Assembly (NCBI GenBank): GCA_001599295.1
Contig: BCGN01000012.1
Location: 62,001 to 126,000 of the forward strand
From: Sporopachydermia quercuum
Taxonomy: Eukaryota
Length of the DNA: 64,000 nucleotides
Reading direction: 5' to 3'
This document shows, in pieces, positions 24,551 to 36,445 of the stretch (positions within the stretch are counted from its first letter, which is position 1; every line of letters starts with the position of its first letter). The notes below the pieces were generated by a model, which saw nothing but the letters and a program-made list of their open reading frames with translations, had not been told where the DNA came from and did not search any database. The translations under genes and the position numbers were made by a program.

Positions 24551-24568
24551 ATATGTCACGTGACATAT
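24551..24568. promoter_or_regulatory. Perfect 18-bp palindrome with a Cbf1-type E-box in the RAD57/RPS13 divergent promoter
   Basis: ATATGTCACGTGACATAT, core GTCACGTGAC. Confidence 0.7.
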
Positions 24569-24878
24569 CACATGGACTTACATGTATTCAAATAGTTAAT
24601 ATTACGTAAACATATGACGGCGGGGCATTAGCAAGATTCTATGATATTCCCCCGTCTGAATTGTACCCAAACAATCCTTTAGAAATTCTAGTTGGAACGA
24701 ACATTTGAACTAATTGTTTCTCATTTACATTTCCCATATTTTTCATTACTTCTATGAACGGCTTGGTTGAAATTTTATCAATAACAACAACTACAAAAGC
24801 AACAGTATAAGGGTCTTAACAAAGCTATTTGCGACTTACAATTCCCAACTAATCAACTAATCGTCAAAATAATTCAAA

Positions 24879-25562
24879 ATGGGTCGTATGCATAGTTCTG
24901 GGAAAGGTATGTCTGCTTCAGCGCTACCTTATTCTCGACAAAGTCCTTCTTGGTTCAAGTTGGAGTCTAAGGTAGTTGAGGAGCAGATTGTGAAATATGC
25001 CAGAAAAGGGATGACTCCATCGCAGATTGGTGTTATTTTGAGAGATTCACATGGCGTCAGTCAAATAAAAGTTGGTACCGGTAAGTTGACTGAATAATGA
25101 TAGGATGATCTATATGATGTAAATGATTTAATCACAGTAAACTAACTTAGAGAAACAGGCAACAAAGTTTTGAGGATTTTGAAATCCAAAGGTTTGTACC
25201 TATTTTGTAATGTTATATAGTTTTTGCACATGATCGCTATAAGTCATTGAAATTATTTTCTTTGACTAGTTCATCGTTGTGATTAAACGTGTACCTCTGA
25301 TTGGTTAAAAACATTGACTGACAGAGCGGCTTTTTATTCAGGCTTAGCACCAGAGCTTCCTGAAGACTTGTACTTCTTGATCAAGAAGGCTGTTGCAGTC
25401 CGTAATCATTTAGAGCGCAACAGGAAAGACAAGGATTCCAAGTTTAGATTGATTCTCATTGAAAGCAGAATTCATAGATTATCCAGATACTATAGGACAG
25501 TTGGTGTTTTACCCCCTACCTTTAAGTATGAATCATCTACTGCTTCTACTCTAGTTAATTAA
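24879..25562 (+). CDS. RPS13: 40S ribosomal protein S13 (uS15), 3 exons, 151 aa
   Basis: Exons 24879-25080, 25159-25191 (33 nt, [12 protein letters not shown]), 25342-25562. Introns: GTAAGT/AACTAAC/CAG and GTTTGT/GACTGAC/CAG. The spliced length of 151 aa matches uS15. Confidence 0.97.
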
Positions 25563-25830
25563 TTAATTTTGCATAATNNTATTACTATTTATCTCATCAC
25601 TGTGAGCTTCTGATTGAGTGTAGACCTACACAATGACTCCTCCTCCGTTCAATGACTGCAAAATACAACAAATTAGCACTGTCTGTGCAAGTATCACATT
25701 TATAACAGAAATGTTAATTAGCAGTTAAATGTTATTTTCAGTACGCCGCAACTGTTTTACATTTTCTCTTTCTTCGCCAATATGGCAAGAAGATATGAGC
25801 AGCCAAGCTCTTACTACAAAGAAAAAAGAG

Positions 25831-25859
25831 TCTGATAAGCAGGGACTGTGCTTATCGGA
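25831..25859. promoter_or_regulatory. Inverted pair of GATA motifs
   Basis: TCTGATAAGCA-N7-TGCTTATCGGA; GATAAG 25834-25839 and CTTATC 25851-25856. Confidence 0.45.
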
Positions 25860-26813
25860 AAATGGATTGATCTTTCACTTGCCTCTTACGGTAAGCGGAA
25901 TAACTCGTCTAAGTCTTATATCCCTTCAGACCCTTAGAACAGGAAATCTCGTACGTGAATATACATGTTGCAAAACATGAAGCCAGAGGATAAAAGCATT
26001 TGAAAGTGCTGTGATTTTAAGCATACAGTAGATAAAGAACTAAATATTCTACCATGGCACTAGAAATAAGTATAAGATTCTCTTCTCACCATGCCCTATA
26101 TGTCAATAGAACTGTGATCCATACAACCAACGCCTTTTTGATGTCTAATCATTTGTCGACCTAATTACTGTATTTGGCAAAGAATGATAAACTTAAATTG
26201 CAACCTCTAGTGCATGAAGGGTCTACTGCGCAATTGATGAATAGCTCAACATATTTTGTGTCTTAGTACTCTTCTTCAAAGTTAATCTTCATTAGATTTT
26301 TACCTTTGGTATTCAAATTTCTCTCTAGTATAGAGGTTCAAAGCCATGTCAGTTGACAAGTTGTTCTATGATTTCAATTGCATGAAGGATAATTACTTTC
26401 TTGCTCGGCCAACCCAAGTTGATCAATCAAATCGTTCGCACCTTCTTTGGCGAATTGCCTAGTGTTTGTGATTGCAATCATTTGAAGGAGTTTTACTAAT
26501 CGACAATATATTATATTCCTTGCAATCACAAGAACTTATAGAATCCTTTTTACAGCCAAACTCAATAAGATTATTTTTGATTATCACAACGAGCATTTTT
26601 TCTCATTAGTATGTCACTGGAAGCAAACAAATCAGCCCAAGCAAACTGAAGCTAACTCAACAACTAATAATTCAACCATGCAGATGTGTGATATTTGAAG
26701 GTTACTCCCTTTTAGGATAGATATTCTTCTGCTGGCAGTTAAAGCTTCTTAATTTATTTTTGGCGTCAGACAATAATAATACTAACAGGACAATTAGATC
26801 ATACTATTAGAAT

Positions 26814-28687
26814 ATGGCTTCCAACCAATCCACACAAATATTATCATCAAAAAAAGATTATGCCAGCATGAAGAAAACGGATGATGAAGAAGTAACAGTC
26901 CTGCTGTCCGGGACTGGTGAAATAGAAAATGAAGAAATAGACAGATTCGGCTATAAACAAGAACTACCGAAAGAACTGACAATGATGTCAATTCTAGGTT
27001 TGAGCTTTGCAATTATGGTACGAATCCTTTTATGATCAACTTATCATCACTGCAATATAGAATATCTTCATTATCCTTTAGTTTCTAACCTCATTTTCAG
27101 GCAGTACCATTTGGAGTTGGAACAACAATGGAAATAGGACTTGTAGATGGTGGATGTGTAACGATTTTCTGGGGCTGGTGTCTTGTTTCCTTTTTATCTA
27201 TTTGTATTGCATTATCATTAGCAGAAATTTGTAAGTTTCTATTTATGCCATTAATTTGTTAACACTGTGTTTGATTTTTCTTACTAACCAAAATTTCTAT
27301 AAAACTCTAGGCTCAGTTTACCCCACCGCTGGCGGTGTTTATTATGTGAGTTATTTACTCTTCTGATGTTCTTCTATCAACAACTGGATAATTTCTCATA
27401 CTAACCATAATGTCATATCATTAGTGGAGTGCAATTCTATCACCTCATGAAAGAGCACCTTTGGCTTCATGGATCACTGGCTGGTTAACACTAGTAGGAA
27501 ACTGGACAGTATCAACTTCAATTGTCTTTGGTGGAACTGAATTGATACTCTCTGTAGGTACAGTTTATTACGTAGACTGGTCACCTACACCAACTCAGAC
27601 CCTTATATTATTCTGGATAATGATATTGATCTGTTTGTTGGTTAATGTATTTGCATCTAGACATCTTGATCTCATTAATACAGTATGTGTGTACTGGACA
27701 GGTGTTGCAGTAATAGCTATTATGGGGGTTCTTATTACAATGACAGATATCAAACATGATCCTCAGTACATATTTGGAGACTATGATCCTTCAGCTTCAG
27801 GATGGCCTTACTATGTTGCATTTATGGTAGGATTACTACAAGCTTCATACACTTTACAAGGGTATGGTATGGTAGCAGCAATGTGTGAAGAAGTCCAAAG
27901 CCCAGAAAGATCTGTCCCAAGAGGTATGGTGTTATCAGTTGTTGCAGCAGGAATAACAGGCATTTTATTCATTATCCCTATTTTGTATGTCATGCCAAAT
28001 GTGAAAGAAATAATAGATTCACCAATGCCTTTGGGATTGATATTTAAGACAGCAACAGGATCTGATATAATAGCAGCATTGTTACTGGTCCTCTTAATAG
28101 GAATATTCATGTTTGCTGGTATTGGAGCTCTCACTGCATCCTCAAGATGTACTTATGCATTTGCTAGAGATGGAGCCATTCCTTTCTCAGATATATGGGA
28201 TAGCATTAACCATAAATACGAGGTCCCTTTAAATGGCCTAATTCTCTCTGCTGTGGTTTCTAGTTCATTGGGATTGATATATCTTGGAAGTTCAGCTGCT
28301 TTCAATGCTTTCACAGGTGTGGCAACTATATGTTTATCTGCTTCTAATGGTATACCGATCTTACTCAATGTACTGTCTAAAAGAAGCCATATGAAAAGTG
28401 CTCCTTATTCTTTGGGAGTATTTGGTTATATTGTTAATATAGTGTCTATTCTTTGGATATTTGTTGCAGTATTTCTATTTTGTATGCCAACTGCTATTCC
28501 TGTAACACTGGATACTATGAATTACGCATCAGTTGTGGCACTTGGATTCTCCATAGTTTCAGGTGTATGGTACATTTTGTGGGGAAAGAATCACTTTAAA
28601 GGACCTATTGGAATTCCAGAGGATGGAGAAGTTATCGAGGGCGTTGAATATGAGGTTGAAAGGATATCCATTCAGAGTTCTAAATGA
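26814..28687 (+). CDS. APC-superfamily amino acid/GABA/polyamine permease (UGA4/TPO5/HNM1 type), 4 coding exons, about 543 aa
   Basis: Exons 26814-27017, 27101-27230, 27311-27345, 27425-28687. Donors GTACGA, GTAAGT, GTGAGT; branch sites TTCTAAC, TACTAAC, TACTAAC. Splicing rebuilds SLAEICSVYPTAGGVYYW. Also GYKQEL, MCEEV, YAFARDGA, MNYASVV. Confidence 0.92.
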
Positions 28688-28893
28688 ATATAAGTAAATT
28701 GAAAGTGCCTAACGCGGATTTTCTTTCCCAAGCAAAACACTCACAATTTTTTCAGAGAGTTTATATTTCTTTAAGTTATTGATCAGGTATGGTGTGAAAA
28801 TAGATTTGTGATTGGTTATTATAGAGTCACATTAAACATTGAACATTGTAGACACTTCATCCAATGAACTAAATATTGAACATTATAATCCTC

Positions 28894-29643
28894 TTAATAT
28901 TGACGTATGAGAATAAATATGTTATAAACAATAATTGAAAAAGCTACCAGGATAAATGTAGGGAAAACTGTCCACGTATATGATACTTTTATGGTTCTTG
29001 ATGCATAGTTGTTTAATGTTAAAAAATAGTTGAACATACCTGAGAGCACTCCAAATAGTGCCAGGATACTGAACCATGATGCAGATAGATAGATGAATGT
29101 TTTCGATCGCAGCCATTTCATTTTGTTATTATGATCATCAACTCCTTCGTCATTAATACGGAAATTCAATAAAAATGCTGCGGCTACTAGTGATAATGTC
29201 ATTGATAATTTTAGCCACCCGATGAATGTCCTTTCACTTTGTAAGACATCTCGAGGTTCTGATGTATTAACATCCAAAATCAAAGTACCCCATTGGGTCA
29301 AAACTGGATATCGCTCTTTGAATGTTAGATACTGAGGCCGTACAACTCTCGATGATAATGATGATTCTGATCTAAACCAGTTATTATGAAGCGGTGGTCT
29401 GGAATCGGTATTAACATCCTGGGCAGATGTGGAGCCATAATTCTGTGGGCTGCTTAATCTTGGCTCTAGTACATTCTCTGGTGTATCATTTTCGTTGACT
29501 TGCAGGTTTCTCTCGTAGTAGCTATGTGTTTCAGAGTCTTCGCTGATAGATGGCAGCGAAGGAGTACTAAGCCTAGAAGTAATAGATGTCAGGTCTGTTT
29601 CGGAAGCCAGAGCAGCACTCGTGGATTTTAGTGGCGAGACCAT
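28894..29643 (-). CDS. DUF202 (YidH/Vtc1-like) membrane protein
   Basis: EPRDVLQSERTFIGWLKLS motif followed by three hydrophobic helices; S-rich N-terminus. Confidence 0.8.
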   Translation of the reverse strand: MVSPLKSTSAALASETDLTSITSRLSTPSLPSISEDSETHSYYERNLQVNENDTPENVLEPRLSSPQNYGSTSAQDVNTDSRPPLHNNWFRSESSLSSRVVRPQYLTFKERYPVLTQWGTLILDVNTSEPRDVLQSERTFIGWLKLSMTLSLVAAAFLLNFRINDEGVDDHNNKMKWLRSKTFIYLSASWFSILALFGVLSGMFNYFLTLNNYASRTIKVSYTWTVFPTFILVAFSIIVYNIFILIRQY

Positions 29644-30914
29644 TATACATTAATATTAATTTTCAACTCAACCTTTGTAAGTCCATCCTATGGTTCAATT
29701 GGAAGTACATTTGTACTACCATGATGCACTGTTTATAATCGGCTTCCTGTTTTTCATTTTTTATGTTTGTCTCTTTGAATTTGTTCTATATAATAAGTTT
29801 TTCTAATCAGTCAAGACGTCATGATGAATATCTTTAAACTCACGTGCAAATACTATCCGGTTTCATGATTGATGAGCACACACAAAGAGTACGAAGTGTG
29901 TATATTATAGATGGGTGAAAATTCTTCTTTTGCATATAAAATTAATAATTATTGTGTCCGGTTTCTTGGGTATTGTTCCCCACATTAGCTTCTAAGATGA
30001 TGTCATCGTATCTGTCAGTTAGTTAACTCTTAATCTGAGGTTTGTTAGGTTATTCTCATACAATTGATATGCACCTCAAAAGATGAAGGAATTATGAGAG
30101 ATAGCACTATGAGGTATTTAAGGGTCTTATTCTACGTTAAAACTGGAAATATTTTGTCGCTAATGGTTTGCTGGAAGGGATTTGTCGTCGGTTAACACCG
30201 AACGAAAGCTTGTGGTTGAGATATTCAGCTATGACATACATGATTTTCAATTGGGTTTATGGTTGCTACACGTTCTTATTATAGTCAAATGAAACTATTT
30301 TAGATATAGCTTTTTTTTTACAGCATGCACCAGAATTAATATAGCAGGCATTATTCAGATCAAGTTTGCATTGATTATTTATAAGTATTAAGAGTGCAAG
30401 TGATTGGTCGAACACAATGTAAAAGCTGCCATAGAAATACCCATATTATACCTATCATTTCAAATCTCATGTGTTTGATGGAAACATGTACTGATGTATT
30501 GACGTCAGTAACAAGGGTTTGTCAATTGTTCTCCTTTTGGAGTTCGCCTCTAGTTTATACGGCAGACATCAGTAGAAATAATTAAGTAGGTAACTAAAAC
30601 AGTTAATAAGCTTCTCGTAAGTTGAATTATTAACTACATGATGAGGAATATACTTTCTTGATCATCATCACTACCCCTAAATAGTACATGAAAGTAAGTA
30701 AGTTGTGAAAACGATGATGTATGAGGGAAGTTATATAAGTATTTATATGATTTAAATTCCATACTAGAATCAACTAATCTCCTTTTCATTTCTACTATAT
30801 GTACTACTTAATAATAGAAAGATTTAATAGTGCACATCTGCTTTAACAGTATTAGCAAATAAGAGTCGATTTTCTTAATTCGTTGTTAAATAGTAGTTAG
30901 CTCTCATCGCAAAT

Positions 30915-31748
30915 ATGGCAACATCTCATTCATCAGTTCTCACTCAAAGAGTGGTTACATCAGTTGTATTTTTGCTATCGATATGGGCAAGTTATAAGTT
31001 TTTGATTGGAGGATCTGATTTTAAACATGGTCATTTCAATATTTGGGAAACTCCATTTACTGCCAGTTTCTTTGTGATTTTCGTCTATTGGATCTTGACA
31101 TACTTATCCCAAATCTTCTTCATTGTACAGTTTTTCTTCCCAGATCAAGAATCGGGAGCTATAACATCAGGATCAAGATTGGCAGTGGCAAATGTCGTAG
31201 GATGGCATTTCACATTGTTCCATATTCTTCATATCTTATGGGCATGGTTATTTAGAAGGGGACACTTCATTTTCGCTGAGTTTGTTTTGATCTTGAACTT
31301 TTTCAACTTATTGATCTTATATGTTCAACATAAAACTTATGCTATCAAGCCTTTATCAAACTGGTTTGCTATCCATGTACCAACAGCTGCTTATCCAATC
31401 TCGTGGGTCCTCTACGCAATCTTCTGGAATGGTGCTGTGATGTTCCATTCACATCATGGATTTGTTGCTAGAATATTCGCCAATTTGTTTATTTGGGACT
31501 TCTTGATTGTTCCTCTAATGTTTTTGGCACTCTACAATGATTGGGCCATTGGCTACACATCTGCTTTGCTACAATTAGGATTAACACTGGGACAAGTTCA
31601 AATCAAGACATTTGCTTTACAATGGATTTTTGCTTTGGTTATTACCATCACATTAACTGTTGCATCATTAGTCGCTTCTGTTGGCCAGCTGGTTCTCGGC
31701 ACAAAGAACACATCAAGCGATAGTGAATCTGCGCCATTGATCAATTAA
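30915..31748 (+). CDS. Fungal multi-pass membrane protein (DUF1774-like)
   Basis: 277-aa hydrophobic ORF with TPFTASFF, VGWHFTLFH, IFWNGAVM, ANLFIW, ALQWIFA and a C-terminal ESAPLI dileucine-like motif. Confidence 0.7.
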   Translation: MATSHSSVLTQRVVTSVVFLLSIWASYKFLIGGSDFKHGHFNIWETPFTASFFVIFVYWILTYLSQIFFIVQFFFPDQESGAITSGSRLAVANVVGWHFTLFHILHILWAWLFRRGHFIFAEFVLILNFFNLLILYVQHKTYAIKPLSNWFAIHVPTAAYPISWVLYAIFWNGAVMFHSHHGFVARIFANLFIWDFLIVPLMFLALYNDWAIGYTSALLQLGLTLGQVQIKTFALQWIFALVITITLTVASLVASVGQLVLGTKNTSSDSESAPLIN

Positions 31749-32473
31749 ACGAAACTGATAACACCTCCCAAACGATGTGATTCAACTAAACTTGAATCTT
31801 CTACTTATAGTTTAATAACTCTTAAATTTCATTAGTATTAGCACTATCAACGTCTATTATATATCAACCATATATCTTTTGAATATCATGATAACCCTTT
31901 TTTAACTGTACATCTAACCTAAATCACCACTTAATTTACTTGTTTCTCGTAAGTACTATACTAAGATTTTATGGCTGTAAGACCACTGCAATTCAACCTA
32001 TTCGAGCATGAAACTTAACTATCTTCAGTGCAAGTTTTATCTAAAGATTAAGCTGAATTGAGTTCCTTTATTTTCTCCATATTAAATTTTAATGTTTAAT
32101 GTAATTATCCAATGGATCATGTTTTGTAGTGGTCATCTCATTTGTAGGAATCCGATTGACCCCTTTAGTGGCGAGCTGCCTTAATTGGGTTTCATGTCCC
32201 AAAAGACATGTGATTTTCTTTAATCATCTAACCTATAGATGCAGCAGATGAATGAAAATGTACTATATAACAATCAATCAGATTGCAATTGTCTATCTGG
32301 TAACACTTGATTGTTATTCTACCAACATTTCATATACTATTTTAATAAAAAGTAACATCAATATTAGTGTACCAGTGGTTCATATTACCTCTAAGCCGTC
32401 AATATAAATTAAACATTTTGATTGTCAATTAACATTAAAGCTACTTACAAATAAATCCATCAAACCTTTCAAA

Positions 32474-33013
32474 ATGAGTATTATTTCAACATTAGGTCAA
32501 GCAAGTACATACAATTTCTTTCTGTATTCCTACTTATTTGGTACATCATTTTACCAATCATTTGTAGCAGGAATCTTAGCAAGCAAAGCACTCGATAAGA
32601 AAGGATTTTCTTTACTTCAGAACAAGATTTTCCCTGCTTACTTCACTATTCAATCAGTGATCCCACCAGTCTTGTTCTTGACTTCCTCAACTACTTCACC
32701 TTTCCTAACTGCGCCAGCAAAACTTAGTTCATGCACCGCTACTACAGCCACTGTTTCAATTGGCTTGTCATTCTTATTTGCTTTAATCAATTTGAAGGTT
32801 ATGTTGCCATTGAGTCGAAAAGTGATTACGGCTCGTCATGAACAAGAAGCTAAAGAAGGTAAAGACTGCAAAGATCCTACTGCCAGTCCTGAAATGAAGA
32901 ATCTTAACAAGAAGTTTGGCCAATATCATGGGGGAAGTATGTTGATCAATCTGGCCTATATGGGTGCCCTGATTGTTTACGGATTGACCTTACTTGAAAC
33001 ATTATCCGCTTGA
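32474..33013 (+). CDS. TMEM205/DUF4149-family membrane protein
   Basis: FGTSFYQSFVAG, FSLLQNKIFPAYF, LNKKFGQYHGGSMLINL; A-rich ATG context. Confidence 0.8.
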   Translation: MSIISTLGQASTYNFFLYSYLFGTSFYQSFVAGILASKALDKKGFSLLQNKIFPAYFTIQSVIPPVLFLTSSTTSPFLTAPAKLSSCTATTATVSIGLSFLFALINLKVMLPLSRKVITARHEQEAKEGKDCKDPTASPEMKNLNKKFGQYHGGSMLINLAYMGALIVYGLTLLETLSA

Positions 33014-34681
33014 AAGATGTGGGATCAGTATTAGGTGCCGTACCCTCTTTTTCATTGTTCAGAGAAGTTGATCCGCAATGATTATTTGGGAAATTGAAGT
33101 ATTTGTATAAATTGAAACGAATGAATTTGATATTTTAACTCTAACTATATATATCACTGTAAGGTTATGGTGGTTTCTTTAGATCCATCTAACAATGTAA
33201 TGAGAAGCTTCAGTATTGGGGTACAAAGTGAAATGTTACGATCAGTTTTAGTCACATAAGTCCCAAATTCAGCTATTGAAAGCATTCAGTAAAGTGGATG
33301 TCCCGTTTCATTTACTTTTTGTTCTTCGGCAATAGACAGTGAGTCTTCGGATGTTTGTTGCTGGAACGAACAAATCACTTAACCATCAGACTGGCCATCA
33401 CTATTTATATCACCACTAACTCTGTGAGATATTAGAAAACTCAAAACAAGCTTCCTATTACATAGATTTTGGATTTATTGTTCATAATTTCAATGCTGTT
33501 GATGGCAAAATCTATCATTCATGTTTTCCTCTCTTCATCAATGACTTTTTAAAACAGACTTCTACTCCTTTGAGCAGTATGTCCGAGAATATTTAGTAGC
33601 AACACCATTATTATTACCTCTAGGCTTCTGTAAGTTAATAATGGTGTAACGCTCCCCATCTCCCACTTTTATCTCTATATATGTCTTCTCATCCCAAAAC
33701 TATTCCTGATTGATGAACTTTTAAAGTTCCAGAATCTTACACTTTAATTCCATAAATGGTAAGATAAACTGTTATCTCTCACTCAAAGTTGAAACCATTC
33801 AATCAGGTACTAACTACATCGTGAATCAATACCTCTTTAGATNATATTTCGGATCAGAGTCGTGATTTTCTGAAAGTGAAGCTGCTCCGTTTTCTAATTT
33901 CAATTAGAGTGAATAGATGATTTTGAGCGAGTCATTTAGCCACGAAAGAATGTAAGAAACAAAACTATTTTAGGTTTTAAGTAATCATGAATCTAGTGGT
34001 GTATATGGTCCAGATGAGCTAAAGCCATCATCACAGTGATCTATTCAATTCTGGGAAACTGACAGAAATTTAACTATAGATCATTATACAGTAGAAATGA
34101 CTGTTCGCTTGGAAATCTCCAACAACTTTTCGAAAGGGTCCTTCAAATAGAATTACTCCCTACTTCAAAACTCCAACTTGAAATTTCTCAGCTGAAAACC
34201 ATATTTCGTTTTAATATGCCAACCTTATTGCGAATCCTAATCAATATGATATGATGCAAACCCGCAGGGCAACGATAGTACTATCTTATGATTAGGTGCC
34301 CGAAAAGCGAATATTTTTAGCAAGATTAATGAACACAATATTCTACTCTTTTTCATTTCTTTTCATTTCTTCACTAACTCATTCATTAATATGACAATTG
34401 ATCTTCAGAGTTGTCCTTGAAATAGAGTTCATCTACCTTGAATAAATAGTCATATTAAGCTTTTAGATTTGTCCAACTTTGTCTGAAATTAAAGTGGAAA
34501 GGAAATTTTCAAGCAAGTTTTTATGAAGATTTTCACCTTTTTTCGTTGTTCCTTTAGAATGTCTTTATTGTGCTAATCAGCATGTTGATAATGATATTGT
34601 TGCTGAAGGTCTACAAGTAGCCCAACATTAAAAATTTGGGTTTAATTGTTTTTCATCTTCCAGTTTTATAAAGAATATGCA

Positions 34682-36445
34682 ATGGTGAGAAGAATAACTT
34701 TAAAGGAGCAGCTTGTGGGATTCCCAATAGGCCAAATCTTGGTTATTGGAGTTGTAAGATTTGGAGAACCTATAGCATTTGCTCAACTGTTTCCNTATGT
34801 ATATTTTATGGTCAAGGATTTTGGTATTGCTAAATCAGAAAGTGAGATTTCCAGATATGCCGGTTTTATATCAGCGTCATTTTCCTTAGCTGAAGTGCTC
34901 ACGGGTATATTTTGGGGTCGTATGAGCGACAAATATGGCAGGAAGCCTATCATCATAATAGGTTTGACTGGAACAACAATATCCATGTTATCATTTGGGT
35001 TCTCAAAGACTTTTACTGGTGCCCTTCTATCAAGAACTTTACAAGGTGTTCTCAACGGAAATATAGGAGTACTAAGAACCATGTTAGGAGAAATAGTGAC
35101 AGAAAGAAAGCATGAAGCATTAGCTTTTTCGACTATGCCTTTGTTATGGCAAATCGGCATCATTGTTGGTCCAGTTATTGGCGGTCTTCTATCGAGACCA
35201 GCTCAGGAACATCCAGATTGGTGGATTTCAAAGTTCAAAATATTTCATGAGTATCCTTATGCATTAGCGAATCTTGTTGTCGCAGTGTTACTATTTATAT
35301 CTACGATAACTGCCGTATTCTTCTTGAGAGAAACACATCCTTTATATGTTGATCGAAGAGATATTGGTCTAGAAGTTGGTAAAAAGCTTACCAGTTTCTT
35401 TTTAGGTGACAGTTCTATCGATGATGATGATAGTTCATTAAAAGGAGAAAGAAGACCTTTGCTAGCGAATCGAAGAACAAGTACAGTTAGTTTTAACGCT
35501 GAAGCTACAGAAATTTCAAATGATGAGATTCGCTCGATTGTCTCAAATCGAAGTTATNACTACGGTTCNGAAAATAGAAGAATGTCTGGGATGTCTGAAA
35601 CAGCAGACTTGTCAAGATATGCCACTCAACTGTCTAGGTTGTCAGAAATGCCGAAAGAAGAGTGGTCAGACATGTTGACAACCCCCGTACTTACAACAAT
35701 TTTCAGTAACTTTTTGTTGGCTTTACATACAGTTGTTTTTGATGAATTTTCACCTGTTCTTTTATCAACTCCTGTGGAATTAGATTCGGAAGGGAATCTT
35801 GTTTCTCGGTTTCCGTTGAAACTAGTTGGTGGACTCGATTTTACTTCTTCATTAACTGGTAAAATCTTATCAGCAAATGGTGTTATGGGCATGTTTTCCA
35901 TGCTGGTAATCTTCCCTATGATTGACAGAAGATATGGCACTATAAGACCTTATAGGCTCTCTTTGCTATTGTACTCGATAATATATATAGCATTTCCATA
36001 CGTATTGTTATTAGGATTGGCACCTCGATACTTGCAGACAATATCTGTGTTTATGCTCATGAGCACCAGGACACTCATGGGAACTTTTAGTTTTCCGTGC
36101 ATTATGATTCTTATCAATCGAAGTGTTGATAATAGATACTACTTGGGAAGTGTGAACGGTTTAGCTCAAGTCGCAGGATCGTTTGCTAGATTTTTGGGAC
36201 CATTGATATGGGGGTATATTATGGCTTGGTCTCAAAGTAGGAAAATTGTTGAAGCAACATATTGGATATTAGCTGCAATTTGCTTTTACTCGTTTCTGCA
36301 TTCATTTAAGATAGTTGACGAAGAAGAGGAATATGACAATCAGAACGTATTATCTACACTAGAAGAAGATAGCGAAAGCGGATCAGCAACAACAGAAAAT
36401 GGATATGAGTCAGAAGTCATTGGTCAAGCAATTCTAAACTCCTAA
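34682..36445 (+). CDS. Major facilitator superfamily transporter (YCR023C/ZIFL-like)
   Basis: MFS motif A WGRMSDKYGRKP, GVLNGNIGVLRTMLGE, FLRETHP, LGSVNGLAQ. First ATG at 34682. Confidence 0.9.
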   Translation: MVRRITLKEQLVGFPIGQILVIGVVRFGEPIAFAQLFXYVYFMVKDFGIAKSESEISRYAGFISASFSLAEVLTGIFWGRMSDKYGRKPIIIIGLTGTTISMLSFGFSKTFTGALLSRTLQGVLNGNIGVLRTMLGEIVTERKHEALAFSTMPLLWQIGIIVGPVIGGLLSRPAQEHPDWWISKFKIFHEYPYALANLVVAVLLFISTITAVFFLRETHPLYVDRRDIGLEVGKKLTSFFLGDSSIDDDDSSLKGERRPLLANRRTSTVSFNAEATEISNDEIRSIVSNRSYXYGXENRRMSGMSETADLSRYATQLSRLSEMPKEEWSDMLTTPVLTTIFSNFLLALHTVVFDEFSPVLLSTPVELDSEGNLVSRFPLKLVGGLDFTSSLTGKILSANGVMGMFSMLVIFPMIDRRYGTIRPYRLSLLLYSIIYIAFPYVLLLGLAPRYLQTISVFMLMSTRTLMGTFSFPCIMILINRSVDNRYYLGSVNGLAQVAGSFARFLGPLIWGYIMAWSQSRKIVEATYWILAAICFYSFLHSFKIVDEEEEYDNQNVLSTLEEDSESGSATTENGYESEVIGQAILNS

